Source: Octopus vulgaris
Taxonomy: Eukaryota
DNA length: 64,000 nucleotides
Direction: 5' to 3'
Assembly (NCBI GenBank): GCA_951406725.2
Contig: OX597816.1
Coordinates: forward strand, 175,398,001-175,462,000
Part shown: piece after piece, positions 38,279-52,199 of the stretch
How the letters are laid out: each line of letters begins with the position of its first letter
How positions within the stretch are numbered: position 1 is the first letter of the stretch
The notes under the pieces: generated by a model
What the model saw: the letters and a program-made list of their open reading frames with translations, nothing else
The model's database searches: none
Told to the model about the DNA's origin: nothing
Program-made: the position numbers and the translations under genes

Positions 38279-38531
38279 ACGACAGAATTGATATACAAAC
38301 ATAAAAATATATATCCACTGTAATTAAGAGTTCAGTTAATAAGTCATTGCTGTAAATCCAGGTGGAAAAACTTACATAATCAGCTAAAACAATCTTTAAG
38401 AACAGCATATTTAGAATAAAAAGCTGTAAAGCATAAATTTCACAAATGGTTCATAATCTAAATATATTAGTTATGTAACGATGGAATTAAGGAAACCACT
38501 GAGCTATTTGAAACTTTTGCCTTTTATTTTA

Positions 38532-38812
38532 TGTGGTGTGCAAGAGCAACGCTTGCGATGGTATGGTCATGTGCTGCGGATGGATGAGGAGAGATGTGTG
38601 AAGTGCCACTCCCAAACAGTTGAAGGTATCAGGGGGAGAGGTAGACCCAGGAAGACATGGGATGAGGTAGTCAAGCATGACCTCAGAGCGTTGGGCCTCA
38701 CTGAGGCAATGGCGAAGGACTGAGATCTCTGGAGATATGCTGTCACTGCAAAGATCCGGGCTGCTTCCTGTACCAGTTCTGCATAGCCCCTGCCCATTCA
38801 AAGTACCCTGGA
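38532..38812 (+). mobile_element. RTE fragment (end of ORF)
   Basis: Near-identical to ~23679-23960. Confidence 0.85.
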
Positions 38813-39639
38813 TGTGTGTGTGTGTGTGTGTGTGTATGCGGCATGCGTCTGCTATATTTGTTTATCAATATCGATAACGCAGCAAATGATTTGAGCTCAA
38901 ATGCTGGCATTTCATTGGTTAAAATTCGAAGAATTAAACTACGTTAAACTTACAAATTACAATTTTGTTTTCAATTTTGTATACAATAATGTTTTCTTTT
39001 GACACATTCTACCAGTATACAAAGTTTCAAATTGTTTAGTTAACTAGAAAATTCCGTCCATCAAAAGGAAAAGATCCCAAATATTGTGTGTATGAGAAAG
39101 TGTGCAGTTAGGTCTACGTTTGTTGTGTTTTTATTTTTAGTCAGAAAACAATAGTAACTTTAGATCAGAAATTATTCTTTATTCATTCAAAATCGTTTTT
39201 ACATTTCTTTGTTACAATATTTCCATCACTTACCCAATGGAGAAGAGAGAAAGTGAGATGAAAAAGAAAAAAACAATGGACCACCAAACCTTGTTAGCAT
39301 TAACACTGATAATGGGCATAGCTAACCGAAGAAGAAAACATTGGACAAGGATGTATGCATTACATTTCGTTACTAAGGTGATTCTAGTGAGTGTCATACA
39401 TTCTGGTGTGGAGTCATACAGAACCATATTTTGATGCTAGAAATAATTAGTATTTCAATTTACACGTCAGAAACAACTGGGTTTGAAAGAGGACAGCCAA
39501 AAATAGTCAAGGTTACTACCTTTATTTTTTCTTGCAAAATGATTAATTGGTTCCTTTATCATTTATATTTAAATTAATTGTTTTCTTAATACATTTCTGG
39601 TCAAATATGTTATTATCATTATAATTATGAGCTAAGAAA

Positions 39640-41040
39640 TAATTCTTTCTACAAGACCTGAAATTTTGGGGGGGAGAGGGCTAGTTGATAACATCAATCC
39701 TGTTTATCCCGTTATTGAACTCAGAATGTAAAACTGCAAAGTCCAGCACGCAAACAATTCTGCCAGCTTACTGCCTTTATCAGTTAAGAAATAACAATGT
39801 TTTTTTCCAACATTTTCTTTTTACCTACCATTCTAAGACCAAAATTTTTATTAAGAATGACCACAAAATTTATTAAATCAGATTATATATTTTTGAAGTA
39901 TATTTTATATGCAGTCTTTTGTGTAATTTAATTTAGTAGGCTTGGCAGACTTGCATCCAAGAAACAAGGTTTATTCAAATGCAATGCTGTCCTAAAACAT
40001 CGAAGAGTTAGACTGGGACATTTCTGATGCTTAACCTCTCACCATGCCATATTTTGCTCTTTAAGTGGAATGGAATTCACTGATTCCATCCTACCCAAGC
40101 AGTAAACTGCCATAGCTGCATGTCATGTCAGACTAATATTTAACTCAACATGCGCATGTTTAAAATCATACATATACACTCATCTGTCAATGCATTAATT
40201 GGCTATCAAATCTCCATCAGTGCTAAAATGTGAACATTATTGCTAATTAACTGTTTCTAATTATTGTAAATTAAGTTCTTGTTTGTTGAAAAAAATGTCA
40301 AGTGTTTGATTTTTATCTTAAGCACAAGATTACACATTTCTGGGGAGAGAAAAGTCAATTATATTAACCTCGTACCCATTTTATCAACCCGGGTGGGATT
40401 AAGCTCAATCATGATAATAGTTTCTAACATAGACAAAGGCCAGAAATTTGGTGAAGGGGTTTAGCCAATTAAATCACCCCCAGTACTTGACTGGTACTTT
40501 ATTTTATCAACTCCCAAAAGACATAAGGCAAAGTTGACCATGGCAGAATTTGAAACGACAATTTAAAGAGCCAAAAAAAAAAAATACTGTAGTAGTAGCA
40601 ACCTTTCTATGATAAGCACAAGGCCTGCAATTTGTGGTGGTGGTCACATTGACCCCAGTACATGACTGGTACTTGATTTATCAACCCCAAAAGGATAAAA
40701 GGCAAAGTCGACCTTGGTGGAATTTGATCCCAGATCATAAAGATGGGCAAAATGCTTAGCAGCAGTTTGCTGTTAATGGTTCTGCCAGCTCACTGCCTTA
40801 ATAATAATAATAATAATGATAATAATAATAATAATAATTCTTTCTACTATAGACACAAAGCCTGAAGTTTTGGGAGAAAGGCTGCTAGTCATTTGAATTG
40901 ATTCCAGTGCTCAGATGGCTCTGATTTTATCGACCCTGAAAGCATGAAAGGCAAAGTTGACTTTGGTAGAATTTGAAGTTGGATTTTAAAGATGGACGAA
41001 ATGCTAAGCCTTTTTGTCCGCATGCCAGCTCACCACCTTA
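39640..41040 (-). mobile_element. Cluster of decayed family B SINE copies with (AAT)n
   Basis: Repeated ggtactt...ttatc(a/g)acc...aaaggcaaagt(c/t)gac body. Confidence 0.65.
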
Positions 41041-41070
41041 ACAACAACAACAATAATAATAATAATAATG

Positions 41071-41101
<31 letters not shown>

Positions 41102-41288
41102 TAGCAAGGCAATAATTTCTGAGAAGTATTTATCAGATTGGTTAATAAAAACAGAAAAGAAATGATTACGGTTAAATAAATGAAGTTCATAAAAGGTAAG
41201 GTTTGGAAAGTTCTCTATGAAGCGCTGCATTTCAAGTTAAGAATTACATTTTAATTATGTAGAAAAGATTATAGTCAACAGGTCAGAA

Positions 41289-41420
41289 TTAAGGTTTGCA
41301 TCGTTCAATGAAACGTGGATACAGGCACACATCTCGGATATGGTATCGATTGAGAAGCCAGCAGAGGAACCGCTCCAGACCAAGCCCATAGCCACCATGT
41401 TCACAGCTACCAAATTTACG
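41289..41420 (-). CDS. NARS1: NARS1 terminal coding exon (motif 3)
   Basis: [43 protein letters not shown]. Confidence 0.96.
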   Translation of the reverse strand, partial: RKFGSCEHGGYGLGLERFLCWLLNRYHIRDVCLYPRFIERCKP

Positions 41421-42536
41421 CTGGAAAAAAACAAATGAAAATCAAAGACATGTTATTAATACAACTACAAACCAAATGAATTTTTTAAAAAATCTAATTC
41501 TTCATCTTGTGGGAACAAGTGTATATATATAACTTGATAGTCTTTGAAATACGTAATTGTAACTGTAAAATGAAAGCCTTAGCATTTAGCAAGTAGAATA
41601 ATCTGCTGTATTTAAGATGTGAAAGCTAGAACTGACTTGGCTTAAACTATCGATCTTTCTATTTTATGCACAATGTAGTGTAAATCAGAACTGGAAGGAA
41701 TTTAAAATTTACAAAGCCTCTCTGTGGTTGAACAAAGAATGTAAATACATTCTTTCTATGCTACTGATGTGCTAAAAATAAGAGGCAAGTCTTTTGATGA
41801 ACTATTTCATAGTTTGTTGACTGCTCTTCAGAGAAGACAAATTCAACTTCCTTCCTCCAGTCAATAGCACAGAGCATTTAGCTATAGTATAAAACAGCCA
41901 TAAATTATGTTAACACCATGGTGGCTTGTCTAATTTGCATATTTGTACTTTTAGACAGCATTAAATGAGCTATTTTTAATGGACTGATACCAGTTTATCT
42001 CCATCACTATATACATGTTTGAGATTCTAGTTACAAACTCCATTTCTTGAACTTTTCTGCCACATGTCTATCCCTCTTCCCACTGAATGACTACAGTTAT
42101 GTATATCAGTCTCGTCTGCACTTAAGACTAACTTTCTCATTTGATTCAGACTTTGGTAGAATTTGAGGTTGGATTTTAAAGATGGACAAAATGCTAAGCA
42201 TTTTTGTCCACATGCCAGCTCACCACCTTAACAATAATAATAATAATAATGATAATAATAACACATCTAATAGCAGACTGCTTCCTCAGTTCCACACACC
42301 AAACTAACTTAGAAGACTTTTGTGTATAACATTGGGAAGTGGGAGTTTGGTTTTCAATGATTCTTTCACACATTTGTTGTGGAACTGCTCTCCACACAAA
42401 CATCTATTGAATAATAACAATGCAATAAATACATTGGAAGAGCAGACTAAAACATATCTGGCTTATATCTTGTGGTTTATTCCCAAACAATGGATTCATT
42501 AATTACCATAAAATCTTATGAACAACAAACAATTAC

Positions 42537-42668
42537 CTGGTCAGTGTACCAATAGTAAGGAGTCGGGTCAATTCCTTCTTTTTTATAGGCCTCAAGAAGT
42601 TCCTTTTCATCGTTCATCCTCATAGAGCCACCAATAATTTCACCTACATTTGGCATCAGCAAATCAAC
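42537..42668 (-). CDS. NARS1: NARS1 exon
   Basis: [44 protein letters not shown]. Confidence 0.96.
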
Positions 42669-42795
42669 CTACAACAATGTGAAAAAAAAAATCATTAAAT
42701 AACTTAACATTAGGGCCATATTGTAAAGCTTCTATTGTGAAGTAGGCAGAGTAACAGGTAAAAGTTCTGGGCTAAAGAATTATTTGAAAACTTAC

Positions 42796-42927
42796 TGATT
42801 CAGTGGCACCACGATCATCTGCACATTTCTGCATATAAAAAGATTTAATTTCAGGTGGGAATCGACACAGAAGGATTGGTTCATTTATTTGATCCGTCAT
42901 TTTCCTTTCAGGTGCTTCTGGAATGTC
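42796..42927 (-). CDS. NARS1: NARS1 exon
   Basis: [44 protein letters not shown]. Confidence 0.96.
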
Positions 42928-43199
42928 CTAAAACAGAAAAAAAAAAATTGAATTTTACATGCTTAACTTGCACATTCACTTTTATTGAATATCCATTTTT
43001 CTATACTGGCATGGATTAGAGGAAGATTTTGCTTTTGGAGCAGTATTCCTATTGTCAATCACTGCTCCATTATTGATTTTCAAATAGAGTTTCTATTTTA
43101 TTCCACTGAGCTTCAAAAGCAGAGTTATAAGATGTTTTAATTATCAGGGGAAAATAATTAAATAAAATAGTTTTAAGGATTGAATTTAGATGGAAGGAT

Positions 43200-44063
43200 A
43201 AGTGCTTTGTAGTCACACCCTCAACAGCAAGGTCCACTACATGATGAAAGAACTTGATGTGACCTAAAAAATGGAGTCAGCTCTGGCCAATTGGACCAAC
43301 AAAGGTCTAACAGTCCTCTAGTATACAGATGTCCGATGTAACTGGGATGATATTACATGCAGGTTTTCCTAGGACCAACACCATCTCACATGCCACTACT
43401 CCACCTTGTAACCAAACAGCGACACATGGTTCAATTTGATATGTTCTCATCAACCAGTACCCTACTTGATAATGAGTGTACTCACATTGGAGTAACCCTG
43501 GGCCTCAACCTCCACGTGTACGAACCAGACAAATGCTGTTGTAGGACTGGTGTTTGACAAGTTTGGTCTGCACCCACCATCATGCTAACTTACTGCAGGC
43601 TGGTTCTCCTCACATTCCGCTCTCAAGGACATCATCAAGAGGAGCTTCAAAACAGCTTCCTATCACAACTGAAGCCAACTGGCCTTGACCACATCAACTG
43701 TAGGCACCCAAACAGAATAACCCTCTTCCCATTTGAGGGAGGTAAATCCCTTAATCTGGAATGCAATGTGTTGCAACACATTCTCTGTCTCCAATGTCCC
43801 ATCAGTCACAAACCTGGGCATTACAGCCTGCAATGCAGAGGAGAGGACGATAAACAAATACTAGGGTACGACTGACCAGCAGCCAATCTTTGAGGCAGTG
43901 CCCTTGCCATTTTGTCTGCTGGGCACAGCCAAATTACCTCTCATACCAGAGTCTGTGTCTTTCCCTTTTGTTGCTTAATTTTCCTTTTTTCTTTTTCTTC
44001 CTTCCCTTTCCTTTTTTGTTTCATTTAAATATTATTTTTTAATTGTAAAAAAAAAAAAAAAAA
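43200..44063 (+). mobile_element. Decayed RLE-type (CRE/NeSL-like) non-LTR retrotransposon 3' end
   Basis: EPDKCCCR...GLHPPSC zinc-knuckle remnant; KPTGLDHINCRHPNRITLFPFEGGKSL resembles the EPxGL..DGKRPDG motif; poly(A) at 44047-44063. Confidence 0.55.
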
Positions 44064-44184
44064 GGTAATTTGGCCAACTGAAATGATTAAATACAAAACT
44101 CAAATGCAATCCAAGTAAACCCGTAACTCTTTTCGGTCTCAAACCGTTTCTTATAATGTCTGTTGTTATTATATCTTTTGTCTT

Positions 44185-44570
44185 ATCTTCTACTTGTTTC
44201 AGTCATTAGATTGTGGCCATGCTGGGGCACTGCCTTGAAGAATTTTCAGCTGAATGTATCGACCCCAGTACTTACTATTTTAAAGCTAGGTACTTATTCT
44301 ATCAATCTTCTTTGCTGAACTGCTAAGTTACTGGGAAGTAAACAGACCAGCACCAGTGGCCAAGCAGTAACGGTGGGGGACAACACACACACACACACAC
44401 ACACATATATATGTGATGGGCTTCTTTCAGTTTCCGTCTACCAAATCCAGTCACATGGCTTCAGTCAGCCTGCGGCTATTAGAAGACACTTGTCCAAGGT
44501 GCCACGCAGTGGAATTGAACCCAGAACCATGAGGTTGAGAAGCAAGCTTCTTGTCACACAGCCACACTTC
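44185..44570 (-). mobile_element. SINE family A-related
   Basis: Reverse-complement similarity to 386-786. Confidence 0.7.
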
Positions 44571-45095
44571 TTTAATTCTTACAAAACTTATATAATTTTA
44601 TTAATATACTCTCAAAATGTAACAACAGAATAGAACACTAGGATTCAACATCCATCAGAAGATGGATCCAGGGCACCCTTTTTTCAATTTTTACCAGTTC
44701 TGTATCTTTGTTTCTTTCTATCACAATCAACAAAGATAAAAAGATGCCATGTTTAGAATAATATATGGAAACCTAGATATTTACATATAAATTACTGAAG
44801 AAAGGATTTTCATGACAATCAAGTTCAGTTTTGTACTATATTTCTACCTATGTAAAAGCTATCTCAGATCAGGTGAGTATTTACTACTAATGTAAACAAA
44901 GCTCTCACTGTAACCAGATAAATATTTATTATCTTAAAAGCAACTGGCTATACCCTGGTGAAATAAGGTAAAGAGCACTTCTATCTTACAAACAACAATG
45001 ACTCATTCAAGCTATACCAGCTTTTAAGATTGCTTTGTGTTATTCAATCCATTTCCTTCCACCAACAGTAAATGAGATGTGTTCCATGCCTACAG

Positions 45096-45157
45096 CAGTA
45101 GTTTCCAACCCTTTTATTTAAATGAGTTTTCCCACAGACCCCTTTTAATATGCTCAT

Positions 45158-45191
<34 letters not shown>

Positions 45192-45498
45192 CGAGCTGGC
45201 AGAATCGTTAGCACACCGGGCGAAATGCGTAACCGTATTTTGTCTGCCGTTACGTTCTCAGTTCAAATTCCGCCGAGGTCGACTTTGCTTTTCATCCTTT
45301 CGGGGTCGATTAAATAAGTACCAGTTACGCACTGTGGTCAATATAATCAACTTAATCCGTTTGTCTGTCCTTGTTTGTCCCCTCTGTGTTTAGCCCCCTT
45401 GTGGGCAATAAAGAAACATATATATATATATGGAATTTTGAATTTACTTCACAGACCCCTAGTACTACTTTTGTGAACCCCCAAGTTGGGAACCACTG
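45096..45498. mobile_element. hAT-type MITE containing a family B SINE (45189-45417)
   Basis: TIRs cagtagtttccaac / gttgggaaccactg; TSD gcctacag/gcctagag. Confidence 0.75.
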
Positions 45499-45901
45499 GC
45501 CTAGAGGTTAGCTCACCTGGTAAATGTTTTGCTGTCCTTGTTCTCTTAGACTGCCATCACTAAACTATTATAGAAGGAATTATATATTACCTGAGCTGAC
45601 AGTGGTAAAAGAGATGACTAAAGGTGGAAACCAAGAATATAATTAGTCATCACAGGCTAAGTCATTTAGTAGGATCATTACCGGGAGGGATTCTGCTAAA
45701 GGCATCAAAGGGTTAGATGGCAGTATTAAATTGGGCAATAAGTTAAATCTACCATTCAAGGGAACACTTGAGTATAGTTAGTATAGTAACCTACTTTTCA
45801 TAGGTTTTATATATGAAACCTGAAGATAATACAATTGATGCAATCTAAATTATTCAATAACTAACACAGGGGTTGATTCATTTATATTCAATGACACTAA
45901 C

Positions 45902-46015
45902 CTCTCCAAATTCATAGAAAGTACCATCCTCTTTTCGAATGTCGTGCTCCTTTAGATATTCAATAGCATCTTTATAATCCATTCTTCTGAAAGGACGTTT
46001 AGGAGGTTGGAAAGT
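45902..46015 (-). CDS. NARS1: NARS1 exon
   Basis: TFQPPKRPFRRMDYKDAIEYLKEHDIRKEDGTFYEFGE. Confidence 0.96.
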
Positions 46016-46543
46016 CTGGAAAAAAATGTAATAATAAATACAAAGATATGACTTTGAGAAAGTCAGCTAGAAAGGAGTGAAATTTCCCAATATAAGCCCG
46101 AAAGAGATTATAACATGTCCTTAAACATGTTTCATTTATGCTGTTAGTCATGGTCAACCTGGTTTAAAAATATATAACAATCCCACTTCATATTTGATGG
46201 TTTTTATTACAGAAATTGTTTTTATATAAAATCTGTTACAAATGCTAAAGAATATAAACAAATCTATGAAGATAAAAAAGTGAATTGGGGATGGTTTTTT
46301 TTAGGTAGTTTCAGTTGTACATATTTTTGTACTAAAGGAATTGATTTTTCATTACTTATGAAAATATTGGTTGGCAAACAGATAAAATATACCTTGACAG
46401 CAACATTTCACCCATAACAAAACAGTTTGCTACAATGATCTCACTAATCATGACTATTTATACCATAGTGATTTCTGTTACCATGTGCTTGAGGCTGCAT
46501 CTTTATAAAAAATATTATCAGAAGTCTATCCAAAGATACTTAC

Positions 46544-46679
46544 TGGATTCAGTTCATGGACAAGATGTCCAAGTGGTGATTTTAACACTCTCTCAACAAC
46601 ATCACAGACTAGATACTCCACACGATCAAGAAGCTCATCAAATGTAATGAAAGGACACTCAGCTTCTACATGTGTGTAC
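46544..46679 (-). CDS. NARS1: NARS1 exon
   Basis: YTHVEAECPFITFDELLDRVEYLVCDVVERVLKSPLGHLVHELNP. Confidence 0.96.
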
Positions 46680-47040
46680 CTGGGAGGAAAACAAGGAAAC
46701 TATAATTATTATTGAGGTAGATAGATAAAATAAACATGGTGAAATAAAAATAGAGTAAGAAGTTTTCAGCTGGCATTTGTTATATGTAGTGTTGATAATA
46801 GTGTATAGATTGTGAAACAGTTGCACGATAGTGTGTGATTAGTGAAATATTACTGTTATAATGTACGGTCAGTGAAACACAACGGGATGATGATTTATGG
46901 TGTGTAATGTTGGATGGCCAGTAAAATGTAGATGTGTGATAGTGTGTGGTTAATGAAACATCGATAAGGTAGTGTGTGGTTAGTGAAACATGATAATGTG
47001 ATGGAAAGATATGCAGTAATCTGTGTAAATTTAAGAAGCA

Positions 47041-47137
47041 TTATCTGCACAGGTATGACTTATCTGCACAGGTAGGACTTATCTGCACAGGTATGACTTA
47101 TCTGCACAGGTATGACTTATCTGCACAGGTATGACTT
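47041..47137. repeat. 19-bp minisatellite (ttatctgcacaggtatgac) x5
   Basis: Directly visible. Confidence 0.95.
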
Positions 47138-47949
47138 TTCTTCCATTACTGCAATGGAATTAAGAAAACTCTGACAAAGGTCAATAAATCTGAAACTGCA
47201 ATTAATTTGGTATCTGTCCTATGTTACTAATAATTTTAGGTCTATTTTGCCAAATACCAACCTGTATTACGTTTTCACAATAAAAATATATTTTAGTGTA
47301 TTGAATTATTTAATAATCTGAGAGGAAGAAGCTGAGTGTGGTCAACTGAGCATGTGTGTTTGCTCACAAGAAAGGCTAACTATAAAGTTCCACGAAAAGA
47401 AATCATACATTAAACCATTTAATTGATATACAGTCTTCAAGAAGACCCCTACACAAGAAATCACAGCTTATGACATGTAAAATTATTTTATTAATTGTCT
47501 TTCACCAATGTCACCCATCACTAATTCGTAGTTTCTTTCGTTTTAATTGCTATTCATCACCAGAACTACAGACATGATTAGAATGTAGTAGGAAACAATC
47601 CCAAGCGCTTTATATATCACACCAAGTTTCAAACTAAAACGGCAGCTTTTATGGAGTCAGTTGGCAAGCAGGAAATAACAGCCAAATCTATCAAATTACA
47701 TCCTGCTGCCTTAATAAAGGAAAGATCAGATTGGATAGATATGTCATAGAAACACTGTGTTTGGGAAAAAGGGATAGTCATGCTTTAATCATAGGCCTTT
47801 TTTCATCAGAGCTGATGTGAAGCTAAACAACAATACCAAGTTTCTGATAGGATTTGAACCTATTGAATACAAACCAGCTGCTATATGGACCTCAAGTACT
47901 CAAAACTGATTAATTATAGAAATATAAAAAAAATAATCCTTCCACATAC

Positions 47950-48071
47950 TCAGAAAGATGGCGTCTTGTACGAGATAATTCAGCACGGAATGACGGAGCA
48001 ATGCAAAATGTGTCACCAAGAGATGGAAGGCATGTTTCCAAATAAAGTTGTGATGACTGAGTTAAATATGC
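47950..48071 (-). CDS. NARS1: NARS1 exon (motif 2)
   Basis: [40 protein letters not shown](E). Confidence 0.96.
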
Positions 48072-48996
48072 CTAGAGAGAGAAAGAAACAGATAAATAGA
48101 ACAAGTAGGGATTGCATATTTAATGTGCACATTCACTTTAATTCCGTTACAGAAGAAACATCTGATCCACCATTAATAAAAAAAGAAAAACTTAACATAA
48201 AAACAAAAGGTAGTTTTTCAATGCGTTTATACATATTTTATATTAACTTATATCAGTATAACTTAAAACACTGATCACAAAAGTCGATGTAATAGGTAAT
48301 AGTGTAAAACTCATCCAAACCTAACTCCCTATTAAACCTTTAGCATTCAGATTACTCTGTCAAATGTAATGCTTACTTATTCATATTCATCATCATCATC
48401 ATCATCATCATTTAGCGTCCGCTTTCCATGCTAGCATGGGTTGGACGGTTCAACTGGGGTCTGTGAAGCTGGAAGGCTTCGTCAGGCCCAGTCTGATCTG
48501 GCAGTGTTTCTACAGCTGGATGCCCTTCCTAACGCCAACCACTCCGTGAGTGTAGTGGGTGCTTTTTACGTGCCACCTGCACAGGTGCCAGACGGAGCTG
48601 GCAAACGGCCACGGACGGAGGGTGCTTTTTACGTGCCACCCGCACATATTGTTTTGAATAAATCCTGCATTATCTTGTAGCTTTGAGATTTTAATGATGC
48701 GAATGTTTGTTTTTAGAATAACATTTGTAAGATAGGTGCAAGAGGCTGGATCTGGCCAGTTTGGACATAAAACAAGAAGAATATTTGAATACGACCAGTT
48801 TAAATTCTAATGAGTTAAATATTGCACTACAAAATATTGCAGAGCTGCACAGTTGTTTTGCGATCCAGAGCTCAGTATTATACATAGCAAGGCAAGCTAT
48901 TAAAGTTCATCAGTAAGGAATATCTGATTAAAACATGCAACTCATGAAGATACAATAAAGCTTTCAAGAGGTATCAATGAAACAAGTTAGTCTTAC

Positions 48997-49074
48997 CTGT
49001 TCACCAAAATAGTTGAGGTTAAATAATGTAGCACCACCTTCGACTTGTGTTTGGACAAAAGCTGGGGGAGTTAT
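48997..49074 (-). CDS. NARS1: NARS1 exon (motif 1)
   Basis: [30 protein letters not shown] flanks. Confidence 0.95.
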
Positions 49075-50352
49075 CTAGAAGACAAGGTGATATACAATAA
49101 GTAGGTTTCAATTTAAATAACGGATGTTGGTAATCTTCAAGATTGAAGAAACAAGTTCAATAAACAAGAAACAACACTTGAAATGTGACCTGGACATCAA
49201 TGTTTTGAAACATATTTTCCATTACATCTCAGACAGATTCAGTACTGAGTTGCTGAAGCAGAAATATCGTTAAAGCAAATATTCTGCTCAATACCACAGA
49301 TTTGCTTGTCAGTTGCTTGACTCTAACAACTTGAGTATGTCCCTTAGTGGCTGACAATATGTGCATCTCTGATCATGAACAAGAGTAGTGGAGGAGCATC
49401 ATAGCCGTGTGTTGAGAGGGATTCTTTGTGATTTCAATAAATGTAACAGAAATAAAGTTTGAAGGGAATATTAACCATTTTTCATACTTCCTAGGGGTAA
49501 GCAAATAGGAAGTAACAGTTGCTACCCAAGAACAAAAATTGCATTACACAGTGTAGTGTTCAGGGTACACAAGCGATAGCCTTAGCTTATAAGTCACCTA
49601 AACAATCAAACTGAACCCTTGTAGATATTATTAAGGGCTTATCCTTTATTGAAGACTAAGTGAAGTGCTCAAGAATACAGAATGGTGATTCTCAATAAAA
49701 TTACCTTATGCAATTAGAGAATGAAAACATTCTCACAGACAGCCATACACATGCAAAAACACTCACACATTTGTGTGTGGGTGTGTGTGTGTGTGTGTTT
49801 GTGTGTGTGTATGTGTGTGTGTATATATTTATTATTCTTATACAAGAATGTTATTGACAGTAACTTCAAAGTTTTTGCCCACTAACTTATCACCAGATGG
49901 CAGTGCATCTTGCCTTTATATAGTTTCTGTTGAGTTAAAATGATCTTTGTGTGTGTGTGTGTGTGTGTGCGTGCATGCATGAATGTGTGGTTGAATGAGG
50001 TGGTGATTAAGTTTTTGTAGTCAGCTGTTATGGAAAAGCTTTTTGAAAAACATTTTTCAGGGATTAAATTTGTGGTTTTGTTATTGTTTAGAATTTATTC
50101 AGGTGTGCAGAACTTAGTAAACAAGCTTGCAGGTGTTTCTCTTTTGATGGGTAGGCACAAGGTGTAACAGTATTTTTGTTGCTTCTGGTATTATTGGATT
50201 TAATCCTTTTGCTTTGACAATATAAAGGTTAAAGGTGTACAGTCTAGTATTTAAGTCCTTAGTAATTGGGTGTGTCAACTTTTTTTCCAAAGAATGTATA
50301 CAGGTAGTAAGTTTGAACTGGTCCTATCTTCAAATGAAAAGATACTATAGAT

Positions 50353-50669
50353 CAGTGTTTCTTGACCTTTTTACCCTTGCATAACCCTTAAAATACATGT
50401 CTTAAGGAACCCCTGCACAAAAGCAAATTATATACCATATCTTTCTATTTTTTCATCATAGTTCATGTGGTAAATATCATATATATATCCAATGGTTGTT
50501 ATGGTTTTTGATAACATAAGATACGATGATATCCATATTACAATAACCAATAACATGTTGTGCATGTAGAGTAATATTAGCATTAGTTTATCTCACTCTT
50601 TCTTGGGGAACCCCTAGGAACCTTTTGCAGAACCCTAGGGTTCCAAGTAACCTTGATTGAAAAACGCTG
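50353..50669. mobile_element. hAT-type MITE
   Basis: TIRs cagtgtttctt / aaaaacgctg; TSD ctatagat/ctatagac. Confidence 0.7.
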
Positions 50670-51207
50670 CTATAGACAGAGGATGGATCTTTTGGCCATA
50701 TTGGCCCTAGTTATGGCATATTACTAGCAGACTGGTATCCTAGCTATTTCTCTGAAAAGCTATTAATTACCAGCCACTATCAGCGGCGGCAGCATTAACT
50801 CATGTTCTAAGTATTAAATCTTTGGCGAGTGAGTGAGTCATTGTTGAGGGAAGAGACCTGATGAAAAATAACAGACATCAAGAGGCAGAGATCAGGTGTT
50901 GAAGACACAAAGAGCAACTCACACTTCCTTGTCCCCCTCACCAACTCTACCCTGCCACAGATGCCCTCAGCTCTTCTATACCACTCTTGGCATGAACAGC
51001 TGCCCCGTGCACTGGCACTCTCTGCACCAGCTACTATACTATTAAATAAATTGTACATTTAACCAAAAAAAAACAAAACAGGATGACTAGAGTCCAACAA
51101 CTGAAACCAGCTAAAATGATAAAAGAAAGTCATTTTGTTAAATAAATTTTCAGCCATTGAATATGCAACATGAAATATGACATAATTTGGAAATTTTTGC
51201 AACTTAC

Positions 51208-51285
51208 CTCAAAATATCCTTCAGCAAAGTAATGTTCTCTAAAACAATGAGTTAAAACTGATCTTATCTTTAACACTTTTGAGAC
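51208..51285 (-). CDS. NARS1: NARS1 exon
   Basis: VSKVLKIRSVLTHCFREHYFAEGYFE, AG/GT flanks. Confidence 0.93.
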
Positions 51286-52199
51286 CTGAATGAAAGGGGG
51301 GGAAAAAAAGGGTAATTAATTAAGATAAGTGTTTAAAAGTTTAGACCAAGAAGTAAAGAAAATCTGTAAAGATTTCATACAATCATTATCACTTTAACTA
51401 AGATTTGTAGGTATGTCCTAACGATAATTGTGAAAATTTTGCTCCGCTGGGGAGGCTGAATATATAGGAAGCATTTGAAGATTCTGAAGTAGGGAATTGA
51501 TAACAAAACATTACAGGAATAAAGAACGATTTACAAATGGTTGTAATAATTAACCCTTTAGGGGTCATAATACTGTCAAATCTAATCCCTATTTATTCAC
51601 ATTGTCTTGAATTCATCACACATTATCTCATAGCTTTGAGACTTTAATGATGTGAGTATTTATTCTTAGAATGACATTACAGGGTTGGTGTGACATGCCA
51701 GATGTGGCTAGTCTGACCATAAAGCGGATAAAATATTTGGGCTGGATGCAGTCAATTTAAATGCTAAAGGGTTAAGTCAACTGCAACAAATCACAAAGAA
51801 CCAGATACAATATGGAACTGAAGCAGATACTTCAAAATGTGAATTTTTAGACGGTTCTTATATTCACATCACATTAGTCACAACTTGAATTAAAACATTC
51901 ATAAAAATTGGATTAGTTATTTTAGTCCTTGTGGTGGAAGGAAGAGCAGAAGTGATGAGAGAGGAGAGTGACAGATGCCAGTCATGGATAGAGAGAGGTT
52001 GTGACAACATGGGTGAAGAATTGATCAATCTGCCAGTGGTACCCGGTTGCAAGTTGAGGTAAGAACAATTTTATTTACGTGCCTTCAAACCACAAACTAT
52101 TTCGGCATGTTGTTACCAGCCGTGAGGAGATATCCGAAAAGCGGAGATCTTACATTTTTCTGTTGCTCTTGTTCTTCATTTGTTTTTTTGTGATGGCCA

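Noticed and set aside
39237-39434. Possible Harbinger-like transposase N-terminus
   Set aside because: Only a weak RRRKHW resemblance; no catalytic motifs or TIRs seen
47885-48274. 129-aa plus-strand ORF
   Set aside because: Antisense shadow of a NARS1 exon with no independent coding signal
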